Shown one piece after another: positions 13,340 to 27,240 of a stretch of 64,000 bases of DNA. Under the pieces are notes generated by a model. That model was given only the letters and a program-made list of their open reading frames with translations, had not been told where the DNA came from and did no database searches. Both the position numbers and the translations under genes were made by a program. How positions within the stretch are numbered: position 1 is the stretch's first letter; the number at the start of each line of letters is the position of its first letter. The stretch is from Eledone cirrhosa. Taxonomy: Eukaryota. The DNA lies in assembly GCA_964016885.1 (NCBI GenBank), contig OZ024740.1, forward strand, positions 218,426,001-218,490,000. The letters are read 5' to 3'.

Positions 13340-14195
13340 TCAAACCTGGTAATACTCCCAGGACATGTAAAATATAGGTCTTCTCCCTCCCCTCCAAACC
13401 TGGTAATACTCCCAGGACAGATGTAAAATATAGGTCTTCTCCCTCTCCTCCAAACCTGGTAATAGACCCAGGGCAGATGTAAAATATAGGTCTGTAGCGG
13501 TTGTCTCCCTTGTTTTGATTGGGATCTAGACGGGAGGTGGAACCCTTTCTGCGACTTCCGGTCAGAGCCCTATAAAACTAACAACTTTAAGCTTCCTCGC
13601 TCTCTTTGCCTTTTCGGCACCTGGTCAAGAGCCTCTCATTTGGCTCTGCCATTAATTTGGCCAACAGGCGCCTGGCCTTAGCCAGGCGCCCTCTGCCAGC
13701 CGCGTTTGCCTGGCAATCAAAACGGTAACTACTAACTTTGTTTCATTCTAACATCTATATTTCACATGTCAAGTATTCTATCTACCGTTAATTAAATATT
13801 ATATACACAAACCATGTCTCGTTTTGTTACATTCATACAACCCAGTACTCTCGCTATAGGTCTTCTCCCTCCCCTCCAAACCTGGTAATAGACCCAGGAC
13901 AGATGTAAAATATAGGTCTTCTCCCTCCCCTCCAAACCTGGTAATAGACCCAGGACAGATGTAAAATATAGGTCTTCTCCCTCCCCTCCAAACCTGGTAA
14001 TAGACCCAGGACAGATGTAAAATATAGGTCTTCTCCCTCCCCTCCAAACCTGGTAATAGACCCAGGACAGATGTAAAATATAGGTCTTCTCCCCCCCCCC
14101 CCAAACCTGGTAATACACCCAGTACAGATGTAAAATATAGGTCTTCTCTCTCCCTCCAAACTTGGTAATACACCCAGGACAGATGTAAAATATAA
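13340..14195. repeat. 56-bp minisatellite (~3 + ~6 copies) split by a solo LTR
   Basis: Unit ccaaacctggtaatagacccaggacagatgtaaaatataggtcttctccctcccct. Confidence 0.9.
13493..13858 (+). mobile_element. Solo LTR (Gypsy-like)
   Basis: Ends TGTAGCG...CGCTATA, with 4-bp duplication GGTC on both sides. Internal tataaaa and attaaa. Confidence 0.7.
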
Positions 14196-16085
14196 GCTTT
14201 CCCCTTCCATAAGCTAGTGATAGGCTCATGCTATATGAAATGTGTAGTTCCTCTCTCGAAGCTGGTAACAGGTTTAACGTCCATGTTTCCACGCCGGCAT
14301 GGGTTAGACGAGTTACCCTGTTGTGAGCAATGCCATGTCAGGTGATCATATCTTGCTCATACAGAACCGATTTGGGCTTGGTTTCTACAGCTGAATGCTC
14401 TTCCTAGCGTCACATGTGTGTGTGTGTGCATACATACATACATACATACATACATACATACATACATACATACATACATACATACATACATACATACATA
14501 CATACATACATGTAGTGTAGTGTATATGGTTTACTTACAAATATAAAATAAAATAAAATAATTAGAAGGTGAATATGCCTCCTCAAAACCGTAAGACCGT
14601 GTCAGCTGATTCATCTGACCTCGGCCTGTTCTGGTTAAAATACAGATGGCCCAACAATGAAATTTACTAATCCCTATGTTAACAAGAAAGTTGTAATCTT
14701 TATGACTTCATATCTAAGATGTTTCAAAATTGTGTGTCGTGACACTTTAGCTACCCCCAGCTCCTCGAATTCTCAAATAACACACTAGCGCCTTAAAATA
14801 TATATGTATTTAGCACTGATTACTAAAATACTTAATTAGCAGTTTAAAATGAAACCTACGTTTGGTTTACTATAAGCTTGAGAGTATGTATGTATGGACC
14901 CGAAACTCCCGAGGGAGTCGTATGGGCGCCATATTGATATGCGGCTAGGAGAGCCCATCTCCTCTCCACGTCTGAACACAGCAGTTTTCTTCTAGAGAAG
15001 GATAGCGAGTGAGAGAGAAGCAAGAAAGAGATATAGAGGAAGAAATGACTCCAGTACTAGACTGGTACTTTTTTTTTTATTGACCTTAAATAGATGAAAG
15101 GCAAACTTGACCTCAGCGGGATTTGATCTCAGAGAGACGGAACGAAAACCGCAAAGTATTCTATCCGACGCCCTAACGACTCTGCCAATTCGCCACCTTA
15201 AGAATAAATACTTTAAACAATATAGTCTTTAGTATTCAAAAGGAGATGATGGACATAACTGGAACGTCTTTGATAATAGATTTGCTTGGTCAGGACTGAC
15301 CTAAAACTAATAACAACTACAACAACAATTAAGAACAGTTAGTGTGGCCTGTTTCCTGGTTGCTGAAGAAAATCGGACGGTAGCAGCAGATACGTTTCAA
15401 ATCTGAGAATTAAAGCAGATCCAGCAATAAAGACAACACTATTGCCATGGTTGCTACCTATAATACTCAACAATAACAACTGCCTCTAGTAACTCCTGCT
15501 TTAAAAAGATAAGAACAGGAAGTTATGCTCTTAATGGAAAAAAATAATTAATACTCGAACATACACGTTCATTATTTTACACATATCGTTCACATACACA
15601 CACACACGTGTGAGACTGCCCTCCAGGGGGTTTTCTGGCAGTGTAAGTATGTATATATGCGTATGTTTCGTAATGTCTCTATTTAAGGCGGGCAAATATT
15701 TGAAATGGCGACGACTATATTTTTGACATGCAAATGATACGAACTTGCACCAACATATGTCATCTTACAGTTTATTTTATTTAATACATCTATTTTCAAA
15801 AAAAAATAGTGACTTCAATCCAACTTAATTAAGCAAAGATGGGATATGAATCAGTAATAAGCAGAAGTATGATAGAAACAGTTCAGAACAGTAACTTCGA
15901 AGAGATTTAAAACCATACAGTTTTTCGAATAAAACAATTTTCTTTATCATACCCCATAGTCTCTATTCTCGGAACGCAAAATGTAGCAAATTGCTTAGAA
16001 TTAAAATATAAAATTGCTTTTGTGACGGAAGAACGGTATGAAATTGCAGTGACATATTTTATTTTGAAGTTTATTTTATTACTTA

Positions 16086-16260
16086 CCGTATTTCCCGGCG
16101 TCGAGAGACGCTACTTTTTTTCCTAAAATAAATCTCAAAAATCTACCTTGCGTCCTGGAGGCCGAAGGTTGTTTATTATTTTTTTTTTTTCCAAATGTTT
16201 GGTTGTCAAAATTAGGGTGCGTCCTCGAGGAGGAAGCGTCTTCGGCGCCGGGAAATATGG
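16086..16260. mobile_element. Tc1/mariner-pogo-type MITE
   Basis: TIRs ccgtatttcccggcg / cgccgggaaatatgg, flanked by TA. Confidence 0.75.
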
Positions 16261-16339
16261 TAAGTATAATACTTATATTTGCCAAAGCCAGAAAGCCACG
16301 TGGACACAGCCAGAAATTCACATTTACTATTGTTATAGT

Positions 16340-16790
16340 GGCGTGTAGTTGCGGCTCTTTATGTTAAAATCCCGCAGAGGTTAGCTTTGCCTTTCATCCT
16401 TATGGGAGTCGATAAAATAAAGTACCAGTAATGCACTGGGGTCTATTTAATCGACTTTCCCCTCCCCTAAAATTGCTGGCCTTGTGCCTATATAAGAAAC
16501 CATTGTTATTGGGGCGTGTAGTTGCTGTCCTTTATATTCAAATCCCGCAGAGGTTAGCTTTGCCTTTCATCCTTACGTGCCTATATCAGAAGCTATTAAT
16601 ATCATTGTTAATGCGGCATTTAGAGTTATGGCCCTTTAAGTTCTGAGTTCAAAATCCACCGAAATTAACTTTGCCTTTCAACCTTACAGAGGCGATAAAA
16701 TAAAGTACCAGTAACGCACTGGGGACGATTTAGTCGACTTTCCCTTTCCGTTCAAATTGCTGGCCTTGTGCCAAAAGTAGAAGCATATAG
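16340..16790 (+). mobile_element. Tandem cluster of truncated high-copy SINEs
   Basis: Three occurrences of ...tta(g/a)ctttgcctttca... in head-to-tail order. Confidence 0.7.
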
Positions 16791-17085
16791 ATGTGTATGG
16801 TGTGAGAGAGAGAGAGAGAAATAGAAAGATTAACAGCTGATGGCTCCCACGACCATTATTACTCAGTTCTCTAGGCACACAAGCACGTGTCTAATCTTGC
16901 TGATGTCCGTGATGACAACACGTGATAGATTAGATTGCATACCTACGAAACAGAGAGTACTGTTCGTGAGTCATTAACTACTTCTACAAACATATGCTCT
17001 ACATAACACGTTGAGTATTCTTTACTTTCATCATACACACATTTGTACAATTGGGTGTTTATGTGCTTGTATCTCTCTCTCTCTT

Positions 17086-17123
<38 letters not shown>

Positions 17124-17302
17124 ATATATATATATATGTGGGTATATTGTGCTACATGTGTATATATATATATATATCAACATCAAAACATTCCTGATGA
17201 TTTCATACGAATGAAACAGTTCTAGTCCTATACAGATGCCTATACTCTACCAAAATATAACTCTATCTCTCTCTCTCTCGCTCGCTCCTTCTCTCTTTCA
17301 TC

Positions 17303-17354
<52 letters not shown>

Positions 17355-17357
<3 letters not shown>

Positions 17358-17412
17358 GTTGTCAAGTATGAAATTTGTAGAAATGTTTTTTCTACAAATT
17401 TCATACTTGACG

Positions 17413-17418
<6 letters not shown>
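17355..17418. repeat. ~70-bp hairpin element in (TA)n (also 28661-28736, 31538-31608)
   Basis: gtcaagtatgaaatttgtagaaa / tttctacaaatttcatacttgac. Confidence 0.8.
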
Positions 17419-17500
<82 letters not shown>

Positions 17501-18012
17501 GGGGAGGGGGGATAAACATTACACAAGAGTAAGAAAACAACAGGGACAATAACACATTAATTTCCTTCATCGGTTATGTCAGTTAATAGAAGGTACAGAC
17601 GAAAATGTCTGAGTGTGTGTGGGGGGAGGGGGGATGCTCTGCGGGAATTATATGCATACAAGTTGAATCTCGCATTCTGATAATGGCGAGTAGGGAAAAA
17701 ACTTCAATTAACTAAGATTATCTTTGCATCTCTTAGGTGTATGTTCAGATCATGAGAAGCAAGCAAACTAGGGAACGCATATAGCCTGAGTTGATCTAAG
17801 GTTCTTTTTTTCTTTTTTTTTTTTAACATTTTCGACAATGCAGTGGGAGTGTATTTCACTGAAGAGATCTAATAAGATAGAAACATGCCCGTTGCTTTCA
17901 TCAAGTTGGCATAAAGAATTTTCCAAGCGACTTCTTAACTGAAAGAAACATTGGTCATATAAGAAACACGTTTAATGTATTAAGGATTGGAGTAGTTAAC
18001 TTTCACTTTACG

Positions 18013-18081
<69 letters not shown>

Positions 18082-18128
18082 GGTGTACCCTGTTATTCGC
18101 GAAATTTTCCTTAGAACAATTGTTCGTG

Positions 18129-18162
<34 letters not shown>

Positions 18163-18173
18163 ATATATATATA

Positions 18174-18482
18174 CGGTGTACCCTGTTATTCGCGAAATTT
18201 TCCTTAGAACAATTGTTCGTGTAAACCACCGCATATTCGCGGAATCGTAAATATCTTTCGCGTTTTTTCTTATGGCTCTTTTCTTGGTAATATATATTTC
18301 TGAACGCTAAATTATTACTAACAATATACCGTATTTTCCGGCCTATTTGACGCCCCTTCGCATAACACTCTTTTATTATATTTTACGTTATATTTTGACG
18401 TTTATAGGCATGTTTATGGACCACGTCCAATATTCGCGGGTGCTCTAGGAACGTAATCCCCGCGAATATCAGGGGACAACCG
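18174..18482. mobile_element. pogo/Tigger-like MITE, with its 5' end duplicated at 18081-18130
   Basis: TIRs cggtgtaccctgttattcgcg / cgcgaatatcaggggacaaccg, flanked by TA. Confidence 0.6.
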
Positions 18483-18503
18483 TAAACTCGTGGTAGATTT
18501 ATC

Positions 18504-18536
<33 letters not shown>

Positions 18537-18581
18537 AAGTTAAATAAAAAGTCAAATGATTAAAATTTAGCTTCGTTTATT

Positions 18582-18636
18582 ACTGCTATATATATTTCAG
18601 TGACAGCCATCTTTGGCTGTGACCTCTTCAGGCAGT
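18582..18636 (-). ncRNA. Type I hammerhead ribozyme
   Basis: Mirror copy of 18847-18901. Confidence 0.85.
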
Positions 18637-18846
18637 TTGAATTAGTATGGTATAGACAAATACATATGTTGTTGAGGTGTATAATATTGTCAATACTCTG
18701 ATATGCCCAGTTCCTGGTTGGGTTGTTATTTCACATTCCAGTTCCTCAGTGAAATAACAACCCAACCAGGAACTGGGCATATCAGAGTATTGACAATATT
18801 ATACACCTCAACAACATATGTATTTGTCTATACCATACTAATTCAA

Positions 18847-18901
18847 ACTGCCTGAAGAGGTCACAGCCAAAGATGGCTGTCACTGAAATATATATAGCAG
18901 T
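18847..18901 (+). ncRNA. Type I hammerhead ribozyme
   Basis: ACTGC-CTGAAGA-GGTcACAGCCA aaga TGGCTGTcACT-GAA-ATATATAT-A-GCAGT. Predicted AUA cleavage after 18896. Confidence 0.85.
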
Positions 18902-19048
18902 AATAAACGAAGCTAAATTTTAATCATTTGACTTTTTATTTAACTTTATTTTACACTACTCCGGAGTAACCAAACCAACCTGCGCACTTCGTCGAGTGCT
19001 CCAGTCTGCATACTGAGGTGTTGGTATACAACCAACATAAACTCAAAA

Positions 19049-19090
<42 letters not shown>

Positions 19091-22000
19091 AATTGCCTTC
19101 GACAAGATTAGAACTATTTCATTCGTATGAAATCACCAAGAATGTTTTGATTTCATACAAATTAAACAGTTCTAGTCCTGTAAAAGTCATTTATATGTAA
19201 AATAAATATGTATCTTCTAATGTATTATACACACACACATTTATATATATATATAAATGTGTGTATGCATGTATGTATGTGTCTATATATATATATATGA
19301 ATGAAAGATAGGGAGAGAGAGATTATATATATGAATGATAGAGAGGGAGAGAGAGAGACAGAGTATATATATGAATGAAAGAGAGGGAGAGAGAGTATAT
19401 ATGTGAATGAAAGAGAGGGAGAGAGAGATTATATATACAGCTGGTAAATTATGGTTATCTAAGAAATTATTATTGATCAAATCTTAAATAATAATAAATA
19501 TTCAACAGGATGGGTAATCTGATGGACGGATCTAACCATACCAGAGGATCAATGAGAGGGGGGTGGGCTGAAAGTAGAAAGAGGGGCCTGAAATTAGAGA
19601 GGGGGGGGGGGGAGAATGAAGGAGGGTGGAAAAGCAATGGTGTTATAGAGAGTGGGAATAAACATTGTGAAAAGAGAGTGATGGTGAGAGGGAGAAGAAA
19701 TCAGCAACTAGTAGAGAGAGAGAGAGTAGGAGTAAGCAATAGTAGCAGCGAGAAAATGAGTGGGAGTAAGCAATGAGAGTAGAGAGAGGGAATAAGCAAT
19801 GAGAGTATAGAGAGAGGGAGAGTAAGCAATGGAAGTTTAGAGAGAGGGGGAGTAAGCAATGAGAGTAGAGAGAGGGGGGATAAGTAATTGGGGTAGAAAG
19901 ATAGTGTGTATTGGAAGGAGAGGGGGTAAGCAATGAGATTAAAGTGAGTGGGAGTAAGCAATTTGAGTAGAGAGAGAGAGAGGGAGTGTAAGCAATGAAA
20001 GTAGAGGGAGAGAGGGCGGGACTAGGTAATGAGTTCAATAAGTTCAGACTCAGGGAAGTGACCATGTCATCAGTGAGTTTGAGTCATCAGTTAATACAAC
20101 CACATCGCATCATATAATTTAACAGATACATGTTAGAAATGGCAGCAAAATTCCTACAATTTTTAGGATAGGACGGACACATTGGACAATGTAGTCTTAA
20201 GTATTTATTGCAAACGATGAGAAGGTCAAAGCTGGAATGGCTCTAATCAGGGGTGTTATGTAAAGATAAAGAACCCTTAACTTCTGATGGAATCATAGAG
20301 GCGCTGTCTTGAAACACGGAGTATCTTCGGCATTTTAAACCTGACAGAGAGAGAATTGACTTCAATACTGAGCTGATACTTTATTTATCGACCTCGAAAA
20401 GTGAGATTGAACAAATACCGAGGCATTTAATCCAACGCTCAAATGACTCTGCCGACTACCCGCCCTCAATCGGGGTTGACCTGGGCTTAAACAACAGCAA
20501 AGGCAATGTAACAGATATAAAAATATCTATGTAATAGATAATGTAAAAAATGAAATAAAATAAACAACTGCCGTTTCTCGAAATCAATCACGACTTGGTA
20601 GTACAATGGGTTCGAATCTTATGCTGTTTTGAATAGACGCGACTGGAAATTATTTTTACAGAATTCAATAAAGCTGTAAAACTCTAAACATCCTGTTTAA
20701 CATGAAACTGCATCACTTAATGAGTGAAGGTTAATTATGACCCCTTCCATTATCTTTCTTTTTGGGGGTTTTCTCAATCTCAGAGAACTTGACGTTATGT
20801 CTCCTTCAAAATATCGATGTACCTAGACACTTTTATGCACTGGTCATGAACAGACGTGTTTTTTTAATAACACGAGTAGTTGGAGAAACCAATTGATCGC
20901 CTAAGATACAAGCCCTCTATATTTATCATGTTTTCAGTGAGGACACCCTTATGACTCTTTCTTCCTTTATCCAGCGAAAGAACCGGGATATGACAGCTGA
21001 AAGGAGAGAGAGCTGTAACTACTGGGCTGGTATATTCTTTATCGACTTCGAAATGAGGAAAGGCAATGTGAATCTCAGTGGTATCTGAACTCTGAGCGCA
21101 GAGAGCCAAAACATTCTAACGACCAGATAATGAGAAACACATATCAGTTCATACAAATTTCACATCCGTTCCCTTCTTGAGCCTTAAACTTCTAATGGAG
21201 TCGTGGGAGCGCCGTTATAATTTATGGTCAGTTTTGGACATTTTAAATTTGACGGAGTACCACTCTCTCTCTAGCACTGACCACAGCAGAAGAGGAAGAA
21301 GAATCAATGAAAATGACGACAACAGAAACAAAATAAATACGTTAGCCTGAACACATCCGATTTCTTCTTCTCCAAGAGAAGAATCGATTGGACAGGTACT
21401 TTAATTATCAATGCTGAAAAATCGAAAGGCAAAGCTGATCCTAGTAGAATTTGAGTTCAGTGCACAGATATCCGCAACGAATACAATATCGACATACATA
21501 GTCTGCAAATTTGCCTCCCTATATACACACATTCTATCTAAAAGATAATCAGATGAACAAACAGAAATTAGACTCCGAAGCCCGTCTCTATTAAATAGAT
21601 CGAATAGGCGGATAGAGAAATGTGAGACAAGGATCATTTTAGGCGTTCGATCAGGTGAGCAGATGTTTGATCATAGATTTTTGTCGGATGTAGAACCTAA
21701 CGAATAATCTATTAGATAGAGAACTGGATAAATATTATGTTAGATCGTGGACTGAGTATGACTCGGCTTCGCAAGTATTAGGTTCCGGGTTCAATCCCAC
21801 TGCGTAGTATCTTGCGCAAGTGTCATTTACCACAACCCCGCTCGAATAGATCCCCCAAGACTTGTGAGTAAAATTGGATAGATAGAAACTGTTTGGAAGC
21901 CGGTCGAATTGACTGTAGCTGTATTTCAAAGGGTCACCTTTTGTCACACACTTTGACACGCTAAATTTCTCTGAGAATTACGTTATGGGTACATTTGTTT

Positions 22001-22750
22001 GTGGAATGCTCAGTCACTTACACGTTAATTTCAAAAGTAAGCTATTCCGTTGATGGACAAACTAAAACATTCATCGTCGAAACCGACGGAAGTCGTCCCC
22101 CCCCCCCCCTTGTTAAATCGGTTTCAAAACATGTTTAGAGAATATATTTCATCACTGTAAAGTTGCCCAAAAATATGCATTGAATATTAAATCTTAATTT
22201 ATTTTAAATCAGAATTATAAAATCACTAAAGACGAGTTTTAGAAGCAACCATTAATTTGTATGTTTTGTCTTCTTTCTCCCTCACCCCTCATTTCTTTCC
22301 AATAACCCCCTTCCATCCCCATGCCTTTTAGTGGCCCTCTTAAGTATCTCAACGTCCCTAAGGGAATAGTGGGACCCACCTTGTGGTCAATGAACTGATA
22401 ATGGATCCTCCGTCGTTTGCGACAATGAGCATTCAGTCGCTGGATCAACTGAACATCCAGCTCATGAATTAGATGTAAGTGGTTGAATATTCTACAGACA
22501 CATGTAGCCTTAACGCAATTTTCAGCGTGACACAATATGTGACAAGGTTGCACTTTTGAAAAATACTGGTATGGTCTAACCCACGTACTTCCACAAAGTT
22601 TTCGCCTACCCAGCTCCGCTCACAAGGTTTGGGTTGAGCCGAAGCTACCATAAACACTGATGACTATGAACCAAACGTCTAAACCTCTCAACCGTGCCTG
22701 AGTTCACTGTTAGATGGATTAGTGGAGTCTCTGAATCTGCTAGAAATAAT

Positions 22751-22967
22751 TGTTTCTTATACAGGCACAAGTCCAGTAATTTGGGGGGAGGGGAAAGTCG
22801 ATTAAATCGACCCCAGTGCATGACTGGTACTTTATTTTATCGACCCCGTAAGGATGAAAGGCAAAGTTAACCTCGGCAGGATTTGAACTCAGAACGTAAA
22901 GGACCATAAAACTATGCTGCAAAGCATGGCCTCCGGCCCTCTACCGGTACTGCCAATCCACCGCCCT
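22751..22967 (-). mobile_element. Full-length high-copy SINE with 19-bp TSD
   Basis: tgaatctgctagaaataat at 22732-22750 and 22968-22986. Confidence 0.9.
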
Positions 22968-23566
22968 TGAATCTGCTAGAAATAATAAAAGCAGAACACA
23001 TTGAATAGAAAAAAAAAACGACAGGATGGTCACAGCTGGAATGCTTTCCATCACACGTCTTATTAGATCAGAGCTGATCTTGGGCTATATATCAACAGCA
23101 TAATACGTTACAACAGACAATGGCGATGTACAGGCAAAGTTCGATAGGACAAAAATGTAATAGATTTAAAGTAGTATAATTTATACAGAGCAAAACTTTA
23201 ATCTGTTATTTCAATATATATATAATTATATATTCGTGTACAGATATGTTTGCACACACAAAAACAAAATATAAACAAACGTATCTATTTCACGGAAGCA
23301 CAAAATGTAGTCACCATCCCGAGGGAGAGGTATTCCGTACTTCTCTGTACTGTTTCAGAAAGGAGGGATAAACATGCCAATCTATGTTTAGAATCCCGAG
23401 CAACGCCGGGCCATTCTGCTAATATGTATTATAGTAAATGACTGATAAGTTTCAGAAAGTCGCTACAATATAAAGGGAAAAGGATGACAAATAAGCCAAA
23501 ACTAAGTAATGTTCTACTCCGTATATATATATGCTGCTTTTGGAATTTATAATGGGTTTAGTTTTT

Positions 23567-24173
23567 ACTAGACCACCCGGGACCCGTTGGGTCACGTTCA
23601 CTTCAAAATATTATTTTAAAAATCATGTTCACTTAAAAATAATTTTTAAATAATTAAGATATACACAGACATGTATATAATGTGAAATGAAACTGGAAGG
23701 CCCATATATTTATGTGTGTACGTATATATATATATATAAATGTGTGTGTATGTATGTGTGTGTGTATTTATATATGTGGGTGTCTGTGCTCTATATGCAC
23801 TAGTCATAGACACACACATATATATATATACACACACTCACACATATATATACACAACAATACCACCAGCTCTCTTCCATTCTCCTTCCCTGTCTCCTCT
23901 CCCTCTCTATATGTCTCTCTTTCAATCTACTCTGTCACAACCACTATCTTTTCCTCTCTATCTTTCTCCCTCTTTGTTTATGAAGGTACCCGAAAAAACA
24001 CCATATCTCGGGACTCCCGTGCTCCGATTTACGCGAAACTTGTTTTATTCCATTTGTACTCCTATTTCAGGGCCAACTTCCTATCAAAGTATTTTCCCAT
24101 TATGCGCCCTTTTGGCTGTATTACATTACAGACAAGCAAGCAAGCAATCATAGATTTTTGGTAATATATAGAT
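23567..24173. mobile_element. Possible non-autonomous Helitron/Helentron-like element
   Basis: Starts actag followed by a GC-rich hairpin (gaccc.gtt.gggtc), contains an internal microsatellite, and ends agacaagcaagc...atatatagat. Confidence 0.35.
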
Positions 24174-24777
24174 TAGTTATCAATCACTATCAATTATCAC
24201 CAATCACCGTATAACCGAAATATATAATACCACCATACCTTTCTTTGAACCTTCAAATATTCAGAAGGATTGTCAGTTACAACAACTTATACTTAAGAGC
24301 TTTACCTGTCTATACTAAGATTTGACATGTCTTTTCGAAGACTTTATATCTGTCTATATATATGATTTTGTGGTATTTATACTAAGGTCTTATACGTCTA
24401 TTTTAAGACCTATTACCTGATCTTATGCAGTTTATACTATGATATTATACCTGTCTATACTAAAACATTATACCTGTCTATTCGAAGACTTTAGATTTTC
24501 AATATATAAAATCTTATGCTGTCTATACCAAAAGGTTATACCTGTCTATATATAAGATATGGTGTGTATGTATAAATATAAATATATGATTGTATATATA
24601 TATAGTTATAAATATATATATATGTATATATGCATATAAATATATATAGGTGTATGTAAATATATATATTTGTAAATATATATATATATATGTATATATG
24701 CATATAAATATATATATATGTGTATGTAAATATATATATATATATGTAAATATATATATATATATATGTATGTATAC

Positions 24778-25120
24778 ATCATCATTTTCATCATTTCATT
24801 TTACGTCCACTTTTCTCTGCTTGCAAGGGTGGGACGGGAACTGATTCTGGCTTGATTTCTACAGCTGGATGCTATTCCTAACACCAACCTCATTTACAGT
24901 GAGTGCTGGGTGCTTTTTTGCCGTGGCACATCCACGACCACTTTGCAGTGGAATGATAGGGACCCAGTCCTTATCATCTCATTTCTACAGCTGAGTAAAC
25001 TGGAGCAATGTGAAATAAAGTGCCTTGCTCAAGGAAACAACACATCACCCGGTCTGAGAATTGAACTCACAACCTTTCGATTGCAAGGCCAATGCTCTAA
25101 CCACTAAGCCATGTGCCTCC
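24778..25120 (-). mobile_element. tRNA SINE with RTE tail (sister of 4745-5066)
   Basis: Reverse complement is highly similar to 4745-5066. Confidence 0.85.
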
Positions 25121-25148
25121 ATAAATATATATATATAAATGTACGTAT

Positions 25149-25254
<106 letters not shown>

Positions 25255-25363
25255 CGATAGTTATAGCTCTGGTTCATCCAAACTATTGAGCCCTCTGCCA
25301 CACATGTCGAAGATTGTTTATCATTATTTCGTGGGCCGAGATTCTGATTCTCGATTATTTACT

Positions 25364-25394
<31 letters not shown>

Positions 25395-25411
25395 GAGGAT
25401 ATGCTCCGAAA

Positions 25412-25516
25412 TCAATAGACGTGTCCGAGGAACCTGCGTGTCTAGAGTCAGGTAGATCCACACAGATCGTACCTCGAGCTGTTCGCCGGGGAAACAATTG
25501 TAACACAATAAATTGA
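25412..25516 (+). ncRNA. Type I hammerhead variant (U4C core, large stem-II insert)
   Basis: TCAAT-agac-GTGT-CCGAGGA-[59 nt]-GAA-ACAATTGT-A-ACAC-aataa-ATTGA. Confidence 0.65.
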
Positions 25517-26789
25517 GTTCCGATGAATCACTGATTTTTCGTTTTCCATTTTATATATACGCGCGCGTGCACTTACTACATACGCAAAGCCCAACATATT
25601 GGCACATGCGCATAGTCTCTAACTTAGATATCTGCCATTTACATCTAGAGAATCGAGAATAAACAAGATATTTTTTTTCAGAATCTATTTAATCAAATAT
25701 AATCTCACATATTGTGTGTATTTATAACAGATGTGTTAGTAGTAGCAGTAGTAGTAGTGATAGTGGTAGTAATAGTGGCAGTAGTAGTGGCAGTAGTAGA
25801 AGAAGAAGAAATAGTAGCAGCAGTAGTTGTAGTAGTTGTTGTGTATAATTATAGATGGAATAATATTCAAATGCTTAGAGAGAACTCAATACCGGATGAA
25901 AAGTTAGAAAAGGTCTTAATATATCTAGTATTTAGTTCACATCACTACACATGTTTCACACTGGTTTGAAATGATAACCCAACCAATCATTATAATTCTC
26001 GTCATCGTTCGGTCACAGTTCTCCACCACCCATTGCAGCTTCCATAAACATTTACGGTGTTCGAGTGCTTAAGACTGGTGTCCATGGGTGGAATTGAATT
26101 CAAACTCCAAAGTGACGAAACAGTTGCCATAAGGCATCTCGCCTGGCGCTCTAACAATCCCACCATGGACTGATAGTATATATTATCAATCCTGAAAAGT
26201 TGAAAAGCAAAGTTGATCTAAACTGGATTTGAACTAAAAGTGTAGAAAGCCGGAACAAATTCCACAAGATATTCTCTCCGACACTTAACTGTCAAATCGT
26301 AACCTTCAAACAACATGGACAATATAACATGTTTCAGAGAAAGTTGATTTCATAACAGGGGCTGAGATTTAGGGATTTATGGGGGGAGAAAACAAGCAGA
26401 TGAAATTTTTGTAGAGCTTAGTAATTACAAACAATATATCTGGTTTTTCCGTAAAAAATGCGTTGATGAGAAAAAGGCTTATAATGCGTAGTAGTACATT
26501 GTTTTATTTAGTGCTATGTTATGGAATTTCGTTGTATCAGGAGGATTGTGGGATATTTGATGTTTCTTTCAAGGTATAGTTGTCATTGTAATGGTAATCT
26601 ATTATAGTCTGCTCTGTTAGTTTCGGGGCGTAATTGAGATTTTTGAGGCATGAAATTTGCGAACGGCGGTCTATAGTGTGTCGGGTGTTAATGCTAAAAT
26701 TCGTGATCTAGTTATCCTAAGAATATTTATTGCGGATGTCGGATTATATATAATAATGTTTGTTACCCTGGTATGGATAGTCTCTTCCA

Positions 26790-27240
26790 ATGCAAGAATA
26801 TGCTTGTCTGCATGAGGGTACCAGTTAAAAAACTGCTCTGGTGTTAGCACGGTTACTGAAGCTCTTTAGCTTGTTTAATATGTGACATCTCCGCTGTGCA
26901 AAACTGACATTTCCTTGTACCATTTTAATAAGGTCAGCTTCGTTCTCGGATATTTTCTGATGTCATTAGATGTATTGTATCTTCAAATTTCATGTATGAC
27001 TAGCCAGTTCCCGGGCCTTATGTCTATCCGCGTGGCCGAAGGGCGTTTCGTGGTTGAAAAAGCATTGCTTGAATCCTCCATCAACCATACCTATGTAGAT
27101 ATATTTCCAGGTTGGTTGCTGTGGTATGATTAAGCTAACTTTTGCTTCGTATACGACGAATTTCACGTTGCATACCTGGTGTAATGGGTACGTTTCAGTC
27201 TTTTTACAACCATGTTCATACATTTTACTTCCTTTTCCTC
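26790..27240 (-). pseudogene. Penelope-like GIY-YIG endonuclease remnant
   Basis: CKK...YPL...C...VVYEAKV...YIYIGM...FKQ...NH..F.....K..ELASH. Stops and frameshifts follow downstream. Confidence 0.8.

Larger units (their letters stand above)
18530..18953. repeat. Inverted repeat with ~205-bp arms and 14-nt spacer (PLE pLTR fold-back)
   Basis: 18530-18734 is the reverse complement of 18749-18953. Confidence 0.95.
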
